A DNA stretch of 64,000 bases from Podarcis filfolensis (taxonomy: Eukaryota), in assembly GCA_964270895.1 (NCBI GenBank), contig OZ185442.1; one strand, 5' to 3'. The translations under genes and the position numbers were made by a program. Shown here in pieces: positions 1 to 10,235 of the stretch; within the stretch, counting starts at the first letter, position 1, and the number at the start of each line of letters is the position of its first letter. The notes below the pieces were generated by a model. It ran no database searches and was not told the origin of the DNA. It saw only the letters and a program-made list of their open reading frames with translations.

Positions 1-277
1 GTCTGTTATTAGTGTTTTTGATTCTTTAATGTTATAGCAATTTACATATGTCACACTGTACCTGGGTAAGCAAGTGACTAATAAAAATCACAGACAAATA
101 AACCAACCTGGTACCCTCCAGACAATGCCATGCTATAACTCCCACCAGTCCCAGCTAGCATAGCCAGTTGTCAGGGATGATAAGTCAGCAACATCCATGT
201 TGGCTAATCCTGAAACAAATCATCAGTAGTTTCTCTCTCTGTGCGTGTCCCTATTCAATCTCTCTCCATCTTTCCAG

Positions 278-409
278 TTCCCAAATGGCAACAAGCGGGA
301 GTCGAATGCCCCCTCTTGGGGCAACCCTCGCTGGTCATCAGGAGACTCTGACATCTATGCTATTACCTACGAGGAACACCTACGCAAATATGGTGGCCCT
401 GGAACTTTG
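278..409 (+). CDS. VSIG10L: Penultimate coding exon of a membrane-protein cytoplasmic tail (FPNGNKRESNAPSWGNPRWSSGDSDIYAITYEEHLRKYGGPGTL), probably VSIG10L
   Basis: Polypyrimidine tract and ttccag| acceptor at 277, TTG|gtaagt donor at 410, 132 nt open in phase 0-0. Splices in frame to 2949. Symbol rests on recalled IGLON5-VSIG10L tail-to-tail synteny and the ATQV ending, not on an alignment. Confidence 0.6.
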
Positions 410-2104
410 GTAAGTGCTGTGGGAAACACACTGTTAAGCTGTGGCAAATGGGGCCAACCATAACAAGGCCATCCCTGTTCTACTGCTTCTGCGGCGCCAC
501 TGGGTGTTCTACTGGGGCATCAGACCAGCATTAACCATTAGCTAGTGCTTTCGCCTACAGAGCTCCTTCCAGTCTCAACCCCCTATTTATTACCTATTCT
601 CTGCACAAAGATGCCCTCTCGTGTCCTTCTAATGGCATGGATTTTTGATTGACTGGCATAAGTGGCTACCCAAAGTCCTACTGCTTCAGGGCAAAAGCTG
701 AGTGCACATGTTTAGCCCAGCCTGGGTTCCTGGGGAGCTTTAAAGTGTCAAAGAACCATGGTTTGCAAACTCCACATAGGCTGGGCTGAGTCACAAGTTG
801 TCAAACTCCAGGTCAAATACAGATTGCATTGTGGCCTGTTCTTTGCAGTCTCAGCCAGGGAGCAGAAACAGGATGTTTATGGAAGCAATAGTGGCAGACA
901 ATAGATACGCAGCAGGGGTGGCTGTGTTCACCTGAGTGTGAGCAACAACTTGCCTGTGTGTGGTGGTGATGCAAAGTAACATTTTGGCAAGCAGGATAAG
1001 GCCGGACAACATGTGATTTGAATCATGTGGTCTTTGCCCTCCAGCACAGTTTTTCTTCCAGAAATTTCTGCATGTGTGTTGAGATCTGTGCCAGGGGTTA
1101 GCCCTTTGTTCTGTGTTGCAGTCCCAAACCACATCATGGGGCCTCAAGCTTGCCATTTGAAAGGTGTGGGAAAGTTCCTGTTTACTCTGTCCCTTCTCCC
1201 TTTGTGGCAATTGTAGTAATGAGGATCCAGATCTGGTTCAGGATTCCAGCAAGGGGGAAAGAGTCCTAAACTGTATCTATTCTTCTCCCTGCCAACTTTA
1301 TTTATTCATGCATTTATTAAAATGTTTATAAGCTGCCCCTTGTCCAAAAAATGGATTTCAGGACTACATGCGAAGAGATTTTAAAATTACAAAACATATT
1401 ATTAAAACCCAAACCAGCAGTGCAATAAAATTAAGAGGAATACAGCTATTCAACCAGCTTTAGGAAATGCAACAAATCTGAAATTGCTTGATCAAATAAA
1501 AAGGGTTTTAACCTGACAGTGAAAGGACCACAGCAGTGGGGGGTAGAGAGGGAGCAGGGGTGCCTCCAACCTTTTTGGGCCCATGGGGAGATTTGAAAAT
1601 TGGGGAAACTGTTGTGGGCATCATGTGTGCACCACAACTCTTCCCTCCCAGGATATCACCTGCCCCCAATTCCCTGCTCTCTACAACACAATTAGGCTTG
1701 GAATAATGGCTAAAGGAGGTTTTTCTCCAGCCTAATTTCAGAAAGGGGAGATGGGGCCCTATAGCTGCCAAGAAATGGCTCTGTGGGGCCATATGTACCT
1801 GGTTGGCAGCCCTTGGAATTATAGGGTTGGCAGCAGGCATATTGTTCCTCCCCAAACAAGGCATTCCACAGGCAGGGTGCCATCACAGAGAAGGGCCTCT
1901 CTTAGGAGGCATCCATAATATACATCTTTGTCTAAGAAGGTTCATGGGAAAAAGACCTCTACTGGCATAGGAGCTTGGGAAGCTGCCTTGGAAAGTAACT
2001 CCAGGGGATCCTGATGCTTTTCAACCCACACCCCCAATTATTCTCTGGCTTGCATAAAAATCTGAGCCAGGGAAGAACTCCCAGCTCCCTTCGTCATAGG
2101 TACA

Positions 2105-2283
2105 CAGGAAGCTGCCTTGTACTGAATCACACCAATGATCTCTCTAGCTCAGTGCTGTCTAGACTGACTGGCAGTGGCTCTTTGAGGCAGAGGACTTTCT
2201 AGCCTTACTTGGAGATGCTGGGGATTGATCTCAGGTCTTTCTGCATGCAAAGCAGGTGCTTTGCCACTGAGCTACAGCCCTTC
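2105..2283 (-). mobile_element. tRNA-derived SINE (Squam2-like)
   Basis: Reverse complement starts gaagggctgtagctcagtggcaaagcacctgctttgcatgcagaaag (tRNA-like A box). Same family as 3497, 59158 and 60262. Confidence 0.7.
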
Positions 2284-2948
2284 TTCTAAGAGTGTATCAG
2301 AGCACAGGCATGTTGCTATGGGAGAAAGCACTCCTTCAGGTGCATGGGAAACATGCACACTCCAAGCCATTTAAGGACTGGCATTTTCAGTTGGGCTCAG
2401 TAGCAAAAAGAGAGCCAGTGTCATTCCTTTAGAACTGATATAAACATGGTTCCATCATGGTCAAACAGCAGGTAATGTGGTAGCTGATTTCTGTGCTAGT
2501 TTCCAAGCCATTTTCAAGGGCAGCCCCACATATAATGCATTGCAGAGTTCCAACCCTGCGTGTCATGGAGCACCCTGGCTATGGATTTTCCAAAGCTCCC
2601 TGAGAAATGTTGCCAGCCTTGCAAAAACTCTTTGAGCTTCCCTTCAAAATGGCCCAGTGTCTCTGAAGGAAGGTGGACCCACCCCACCCAAATTTTCTGT
2701 GAACTATGCTTTAGGCCAGGGGTGCCCAAACTTTTTTCAAAGAAAACCAGATTTGATGAAGTGAACTTGTGTGAGCGCTGACCAAAGTTGCTGAGCTTTT
2801 TAAAGGATTTTACCCCAGGACATATACTGCCACAGGGGCCAGATTAAATCAACCAGCGGGCCGGATTAGGCCCCCGAAATGGACTTTGGACATGCCTGCT
2901 TTAGGCCAAACAGTTTTCTGACCTCTTCTCTCTCCCATTTCTCTCCAG

Positions 2949-3032
2949 CCCATTAGCACCACGGACAGCAGCTCCCCCTTCCAACCTATACAACCTCGCA
3001 CCAGGAATGTGCGCAGCGCTACTCAAGTCTGA
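2949..3032 (+). CDS. VSIG10L: Terminal coding exon PISTTDSSSPFQPIQPRTRNVRSATQV*, ending in a class I PDZ-binding motif (T-Q-V)
   Basis: Long pyrimidine tract (ctcttctctctcccatttctctccag|), phase 0, TGA at 3030-3032. Gene symbol from synteny recall. Confidence 0.6.
   Translation, partial: PISTTDSSSPFQPIQPRTRNVRSATQV
2952..2972 (+). promoter_or_regulatory. RE1/NRSE (REST-binding) motif inside the coding exon
   Basis: ATTAGCACCACGGACAGCAGC matches the degenerate consensus NTYAGMRCCNNRGMSAG at all 17 positions. Confidence 0.7.
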
Positions 3033-3496
3033 CGTTCTGAAGGTCCATCTTGGGCTGAAGAGGAAGCTTCAGACCAAGCACGGTCTTCAGTATGGGACCC
3101 AGGCCACCAAAAATGGAGCCATGCTGTCTTCTTGTGGGGCTTGACCGTGGGGTGTATGGAATTCAAGGTTTTCGAACTGGAGCTTTGGTTTCCTGGCATA
3201 ATGATGAGAGGTGAACATGCTGTGCGGGATCTAGGGGTCTCAGGCAGCAACCTAGCCAACCCAGTTAAGGGGAACCCAGAAGGTTACATTGTGTGTAGAT
3301 GACTTCTGATGAAATATTTCTGGGATTCTTTCATTGTGGCCACAGAAGGGATCTCTTGGAATGGAGCTGGTTACAGAACAGCTTGAGGTGCTGGGAAGAA
3401 TCCAAAGGCTATCCAGAGGGTTAGGAGCTGGAGGGATGATACATTACCAAGAGCTCTAAGCTTATCCTTGCAACAGAGGATAGTGTGAAGGACAGC

Positions 3497-3670
3497 GATA
3501 TGGGATACTGCCTTATATTGAGTCAAACCGTCGGTCCAGTATTTTCTGCATGGACTCACAGCAGCTGTCCAGGATTTCAGGCAGGGTTCTCTCCCAGCCC
3601 AACCTGGAGAATGAACTTGAGACTTTCTGCATGCAAAGAAGATGCTCTACCACTGAGCCACAGCCCTTCC
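3497..3670 (-). mobile_element. tRNA-derived SINE (Squam2-like) in the putative 3' UTR
   Basis: Reverse complement has head gggaagggctgtggctcagtggtagagcatc and tail gactcaatataaggcagtatccc. Confidence 0.7.
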
Positions 3671-3966
3671 CGGAGCACTGATGCTGTACAAGAAGTGTGT
3701 GAATTGGACGGAGGAAGGGCTGTCTCTTTGGAGAGGAAAGGTCTTGGTTGCCAGAGTAAAAATGTGCCTTTTACAAAACCACACCAGCGCATATACTTTT
3801 TTTTATCTTCACGCTGCAATGTTGCCTTTGCCAAAGTTCATCTTTGTGTTATCAAATGACTGGAGCCACATCTGATACTGATTTTTGGAATCTTCCCCAG
3901 ACCTTCTGTTTTGAACGTATTCGAAACTGGTGGAGTTTCATACTTGAGTTTAGAAGTCCTGATCTG

Positions 3967-3972
3967 AATAAA
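3967..3972 (+). terminator. Candidate polyadenylation signal of the plus-strand gene
   Basis: First AATAAA I found after the stop at 3032, implying a ~0.95 kb 3' UTR. Confidence 0.45.
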
Positions 3973-5251
3973 GAAAAAAGTGATACTTTTAAGCTTAGGA
4001 AGAAGGTGCAGCTGTCTGATTTGATCTGGACTGCTGAGAAACCGGAAGACGTGCTTCCCGATCTTGACTGGTGGGAGATAATGGGATGCCCTGGTCTTCT
4101 CTAGGGGTGGTATGGAGAAGGATTTCCGATTCTGAACTATTTTGGAAAAGTGAACCTCGGAAGCTGCTCCCACAAGATGGCCACCAACCTGGACGATTTT
4201 AAAAGAATGATGAAGGATAACTATCCCCATTCTGTATGTGGCATGAATAAGCTGGCCAGAAATGCAGATATCCCTAAATGAATAACTATAAAAATAGCTA
4301 CTGGCAGCAATGGCTATGTTCTCCCTCCACTGTTGGAAGCAGGATGTGCCTTTGAAAACCAGTTTCTGGGCATTATGGGGTTGGGAGAGACTGTTCCTGT
4401 GCTTAGGTCCTGCTTACAGACTTCCCAAAAGGCATCTGTGGTTGGCCACTTCAAGAAGAGTGTCCCAGACTAGATGAGACTTTGGCCTGATCCAGCAGGG
4501 CTCTTCTTATGGTGTTTTATTTCAGCAGGTTTCCTAACGGGGCCTTTTGTCCTACTTTACAGAATACAGCATTTTCCAAGAAGCATCTGTTGTGTGTTTC
4601 CCTTTTTTTCCGCATCTCATAAATAACTACAGTAGTGTAATCAACTGAAGTGGGTTATCCCTCTTCCTTCCTTCCTTTTTTCTGAAGGAACTGGTATTTC
4701 TCTGCATGCATTCTTAGCACATTTAATTGGTTATAACTATCACCGTCCTGTATGCAGAATCGGTAAGTTGGCCAGAAATACGGATCTCCCTAAAGGAATA
4801 ATTATATATGGTCTGAAACACCTTCCTTAAATAGCTACCGGCGACGGTGGCGACGTTCTTCACTGTTGGACGCAGGATATGCCTTTGAAAAACAGCTGCT
4901 GGGAATCACAAGTGGGGAGAGTTGCATTTGCACTCAAGTGCTGCTTGCGGACTTTGCATAGGTGTTGGGTTGGCCACCGTGAGATGAGGGTGCTGGGCTG
5001 GGTGGGCCTTTGGCCTGGTTCAAGAAGGCCTTTCTGAAGATCTGAAGGTGGGGTGTGCTGGACGTTCTGGTCTCTGTTGTGTTACGAGTGTACTGTACTC
5101 CCAGCATGGAAACGGGGAGTGGGGGCGGCATTTTATTCTTTCCCATCTCCATCCTCCTGTCTAATGGACCTCTCCCATTCTTTTGTGTTCCATTTACGCC
5201 AATGATAACTCCGCATGCTCACTCATTGATATCTGTGTGAGCAATTCATCT

Positions 5252-5760
5252 ATGTGACTTTAAGAAGACATCTGAAGGCAGCCCTGTTCGAGCTCCGAGG
5301 GCCTTCTGGCAGTTCCCTCACTGCGAGGTTAAGTGACGTTACAGTGAAGCAGGCAGAGGGCCTTCTTAGTAGTGGCTCCCTCCCTCCTAAATGGGGTGCG
5401 CACCCGACACAACTCAATGGGGCTGAGCATGCTCTGTGACCACAGAATTTTGAATAAACATTAAGGGTGGGAGAAGGAGTGTCTTCACCCCATTGCTCAG
5501 CCAGGACACGGAGTTTCAGCTCTGAGGGCCTTCTGGTGGTTCCTTCACTGCGAGAAGTGAGGTTACAGGGAACCAGACCTCCCATCAGATGTTAAGGAAA
5601 TAAGCAACTATTGACTTTTAGAAGTCATCTGTATGGGGAAGCTTTTAATGGTTGATGTTTTACTGCGTTTTTAATATTTTGTTGGGAGCCACCCAAAGTG
5701 TCTGGGGCAACCCAGTCAAATGGGTGGCATGTTAATAATAACAATAATAATAATAATAAT
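5252..5760 (+). mobile_element. Rearranged L2 LINE 3' fragments with AAT tail
   Basis: Two partial copies of the ...gagggccttctggcagttccctcactgcgag... block, as in the L2 ends at 45838 and 58150. Confidence 0.7.
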
Positions 5761-6086
5761 GGCAGAGGAGAAGGGTGTGGAGGGATTTTTTCATATGCTT
5801 CACTTTCATTTTGCACAATGAGCTTGGAGGTTCTCCCCCTTCCTGGCCTGCAATTGTTAACAATGCTAATTTCTTCCTAAACGGAATAATTCATATGAAT
5901 TATTCTGTTTAGGAAGAAAATTGGCATTGTTAAAAAAACCAAAAAACTGCAGACACAATAAGAGAACATAAAATACAAACCCACAACCCTCCAGCTCATT
6001 GTGTAATACCAAAGTGGCAGATCAAATAAGCTTGCTGATGAGGTTTCATATTGTTGCTCTCCATAAACAAGCAAGAATTCCCCTTA

Positions 6087-6188
6087 TGGCCAGAACAAAG
6101 GGGGCTGCATTAGTAAGAAAATTAAAACTGTGTTATATATTAACACAGTTTTAATTTTCTTAGTAATGCAACCCCCTTTGTGCCGGCA
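6087..6188. mobile_element. ~100-bp palindromic MITE-like hairpin flanked by TTA
   Basis: 40-bp core arms with 2 mismatches around a 5-nt loop; TTA at 6084-6086 and 6189-6191. Confidence 0.55.
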
Positions 6189-6920
6189 TTAGAGAGAGTT
6201 CTTATTTGTTTCTGAACAGCAAAATGGAATGATTTTAATGAGTTTTTCCTCTACAGAAGGGTTACTAAGGTGGGGTGACGGAGACACAATCTGGATAGGG
6301 AAAGGAGACAGCCCCCCAAACAGGTATTAAAGGGACAGATATAGCATTTCCACTTATGGGCTAATTAAGTTTGTTTTTGAGTATGGTACTCTGAAGGCCA
6401 GATGGTGGCAATTTTTTTGCTGTGAAGTTTTGTCGACTTGGTGCAGCTGGCTTCTTGCTTGCAATAGAGCACATGAAACAAGTTTACAGGTGAGGAAGGA
6501 GGAAACAAGAGATCTAGCAGCAGGTCCACTGGATATTTTTTGCTTCTGCACAGTGAGAACTGGCAATGAGAATTGAAGGGGAGTGCGCGCTGAGCTCCAT
6601 CCATCACCCATAAGATGAAGGGCCATGGGGTTGTCATGGCCCCATCCCTCTTAGGATGCAAGGGGGAAGCCAGTCTGGCCCCAACCAACAGGCCCGAGAA
6701 GTCAAGATGCTTGAGGAACTCAACCTCTGCAAATCTCACCATGGACTGATGTGACCCACAGATCATACTGTTGCAGGGCTGGAAGGAACCCCAATCATCA
6801 TTATTATTACTATTATTATTATTAATCATCATCTAGTCCAACCCCCCTGTAATGCAAGAATCACAGCTAATGCTCCAGGATTTGGTTTTCTGAGGTCTTG
6901 CTTTTGTAACTGCTTTTGCG

Positions 6921-7301
6921 GGATCTGATTTCTTTCTGCAGGGCCCATAAGACAGAGTTGTTCCGCCTGGCCTTTGGCTTGGAATCAACTTGATCCCCTC
7001 CCCCTCTATGCTTTTTCCTTTCTCCTTCTGTGTTGGAACTCCTATTTGGGGACTTCCCTGGCTTTTTTCTGGCCCATGTAGGACCGGTCTGGATAGTTGG
7101 CCTTGGTGAAGATTTGACGTTTTCATCCCCCAAAAGTTTTTGATTTGAGTTTCTACTGAAATGAGGCTGCATTTTAATGTTGTATTTTAATCTTGTTTTT
7201 AAGTTGTATTTTAATCAATTGTTTTATACCTGGTGTTAGCCACCCTGAGCCCGGTCTTGGCTGGGGAGGGCGGGATATAAATAAAATTTATTATTATTAT
7301 T
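6921..7301 (+). mobile_element. L2-type LINE 3' end, second subfamily
   Basis: Translates ...DLISFCRAHKTELFRLAFG (typical L2 ORF2 end), has an (att)n tail and closely matches 42715-43117. Confidence 0.75.
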
Positions 7302-7845
7302 AACGCAAGGTAACAAAGCTCAAGCGTGCTGCTCCAGATGGCAATAATGTGATAACCTGGAGAAGCATCACAGAACAACTAATAAAGTGATGTGCTAGTG
7401 GTCCAGTATAAATCAACCATGGCTGCACTTGTGTTGCATCAATGACACCTGCCAAACACAAACACACACACACCCCACCAGTCTGCAGGTTCCCCTTTGT
7501 TCCTTAGCTCTCTTTTGCAAGGATTCTCTTTCTTCAGAAGCGACAGGTAGCAGAGGGTGTGTTGAACCCACCAGCATAATAGCACACGACTGGGCAACAC
7601 CATACGTCCCCCCTACCAATATTCACCTATATAGTTTGACTTCCTTCCCTTGCCTCTCCTCAGCCTCCCAGGGATGAGCTTTTGGTATTTAGCCCTGCTA
7701 ATCTGTCTTGATGGCTGACTCCCTCCTGGCTCGTCAATCATTTTTGTTGCTTTTAAATGGGAGCCGTGATGAAAGCTAAATGAATAGCAGCGCCGTGATG
7801 GGCAATTGCTCTGATTGGAGGCTGCCCAAGGGAGGGCGGCAAGGG

Positions 7846-7914
7846 GAAGAAGAAGAAGAAGAAGAAGAAGAAGAAGAAGAAGAAGAAGAAGAAGAAGAAG
7901 AAGAAGAAGAAGAA
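7846..7914 (+). repeat. (GAA)23 microsatellite
   Basis: Direct count. Confidence 0.95.
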
Positions 7915-8497
7915 GAGAGAAAATCAGTCAGCTTTGCGATGAGTTGAGGAAGGAGCTGCAAGGAGACTGATAGACACCTTTGTGTTTCTGGGGGGACAGA
8001 CCTGCAAGGGGGACGTTTTCACAACCGGAGCCAAGTCACAGTAATTTACTTCCAGCAAACAAAAAATAGGAACTCTCTGCTAACATGAGATCTGGGTACA
8101 TGTGCCCTATGCTAGTGCCTATTCTGTGCAGATGGAGAACTTCTTACCTTCCAGGGATGGTCAGTCTACAACCAGGCTAGGAGACCCTGTGGATCTCCAG
8201 GTGTTGCTGGACTACAACTCCCATCATCCTTGACCTTTTGCCATCTGGGCTGGGGCAGATGGTGGTGGTGTCCAACATCTGATGGAAGGTCCTCATGTTC
8301 CCCATCCTTGTACATACACACCTATGAATTACCGGCATGACAGAACAGGCCTTGAGGAAGCTATCACCCTCCTTGGATTCCAGCTGCCTTCAACCCCAGC
8401 CCACATTCCCACACATCCAGGTATCAGGACCACAGAGTATTTGTGGCTCAAGCCTTCCTTCCCTCTCTGCAGCCCTGATCCAAATGTCTCCCTGCTA

Positions 8498-8995
8498 GTG
8501 ATGGGCAGATCTGTCACCTTGTTTCCTTTCAGTTCCTCATTTTTTCACTCATTAGTTCATTTATCCACATTTTCAATCACTTTCTGAATATATGGGGTTG
8601 TTTTTAAACGTTCCATGAAACACCTTAGTGTAAATTTCTCCGAATATCCACATTTTTTCAGAGTGATTTTCCTTATCCTGACACATTTTGTGCGCTGTTT
8701 TTACTAACAGATGTCTTTTAATACACATTTCAGTCCATGGCATGCATTTTTGGACACGTGGCTTGTCCGGAGAACTGCCTTCCAAAATTTGGAGAAGTGC
8801 AATATTTTGAAATATGGCTTCTGTTTTGGTTCCTGAATTCTTTTGGCTGGCACAAATTAAGCAGGCTTGCCTGTAAATTGTTTATTTATTATTATTTATT
8901 AAGTTTATATACCACCCTTCATCCGAAGACCCTAGGTTGGTTCACAACAGAAAAAAAATGTAAATGTGAACCAAATTAAATTTGTCCCCCACCCC
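8498..8995. mobile_element. AT-rich non-autonomous element with TAGGGATG...CATCCCTA-like ends (hAT-like). Other copies near 21330-21720, 28860-29315, 34630-35590 (split), 44270-44600, 51975-52720 (split), 57277-57700, 62331-62737
   Basis: Shared interior (gcaaaattc(g/a)gagaa... tttaaatg(c/t)gaactgaat... tttctccccca(t/c)cc) and degenerate termini resembling Ac/Ds TAGGGATG. Confidence 0.55.
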
Positions 8996-9212
8996 TCTCT
9001 GCTGCATTCCACCAGCTGCTATTAGCTGCAAAGAGGAACATATAAAGGCACCATATAGTCCTAAAATGTTTTCATATATGAGGTTAACAGCCTAGAGGGG
9101 GAGACTTGGCACTGGGGAAACTCTGATGCTCCAGATATTGCTAAACTGCAACTCCCACCATCCCTGACCATTGACCATGCTTTCTGGGACTGATGGGAGT
9201 TGTAGTTCAGCC

Positions 9213-9512
9213 NNNNNNNNNNNNNNNNNNNNNNNNNNNNNNNNNNNNNNNNNNNNNNNNNNNNNNNNNNNNNNNNNNNNNNNNNNNNNNNNNNNNNNNN
9301 NNNNNNNNNNNNNNNNNNNNNNNNNNNNNNNNNNNNNNNNNNNNNNNNNNNNNNNNNNNNNNNNNNNNNNNNNNNNNNNNNNNNNNNNNNNNNNNNNNNN
9401 NNNNNNNNNNNNNNNNNNNNNNNNNNNNNNNNNNNNNNNNNNNNNNNNNNNNNNNNNNNNNNNNNNNNNNNNNNNNNNNNNNNNNNNNNNNNNNNNNNNN
9501 NNNNNNNNNNNN
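9213..9512. other. Assembly gap (300 N)
   Basis: N run. Confidence 1.
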
Positions 9513-9697
9513 CCCTTTCCCCACCAAGGAGCTCATGGTTCTCCCCCTCCTCATTAAATCCCCACAACCACCTTCCGAGTTGAGAAACAGTGGCTGGCCC
9601 AAAGGCCACGCAGTGAGCTCCATGGCTGAGTGAGGATTTGAACCCTGGTCTTCTAGATCCTCGTCCAACATTCTGACCATTATGCCACACTGGTTCT
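9513..9697 (-). mobile_element. Older tRNA-derived SINE (Squam3-like), truncated by the gap
   Basis: Reverse complement gagaaccagtgtggcataatggtcagaatgttggacgagg...ggttcaaatcc carries A and B boxes. Confidence 0.65.
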
Positions 9698-10039
9698 CTA
9701 AGGTTCCCACACTTAGTGTAGGGGGAAGAGTTAATTTGTGTGTCCGTGTCCGCCCCCGATGCTTTTCAATCCCCAAAATGGCATTTGAAATGCATTCACA
9801 CATCTCTGATGGGGGTGGGGAACCCCAAATTTGGCCCACCTGGCCTCCTTTGACCCATAGGGATATTTCGTCCAAACCACTCCCACTCGCCCTACACAGC
9901 TGGATCCTGCAACTGGGAAGCAGAAGTGAAGTCTCTGCACATCGGCTGATGTACCTGGAGTTCAATCCTGCTTGGTCCCGGAGCGCGAGCTGGTTCTGCT
10001 ACAGAGAAGGCTGTGCCCACAGGAAGAGAGCAAATCCTC

Positions 10040-10235
10040 TGGGTCTCTGCAAAGTCTGATAATTGGGTTGTAAGATCATAAATAAATCTCTCTCTCAGCT
10101 GTCTATATCGCGGGCAGTGACATAAATAATGCAGCAAGTCTTCTACTTCATTTTGTCCAGAAATGCAAAAGATGTTCACTTTGTGAAGCTTTCCCATAAT
10201 TTCTGTGTAAGAATGCTGAAGGCATCGTTTGGAAA
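10040..10235 (-). mobile_element. Degenerate non-LTR retrotransposon ORF2 C-terminal zinc-knuckle fragment
   Basis: RFQTMPSAFL followed after a frameshift by C-I-S-G-Q-N-E-V-E-D-L-L-H-Y-L-C-H-C-P-R-Y-R-Q-L-R-E-R-F, the ED-x-x-H-x-x-x-x-CP-x-Y-x-x-x-R pattern of LINE C-termini. Confidence 0.65.

Noticed and set aside
3844-4104. 86-aa ORF with protein-like composition
   Set aside because: Overlaps the putative poly(A) signal, has no splice support and no recognisable domain.
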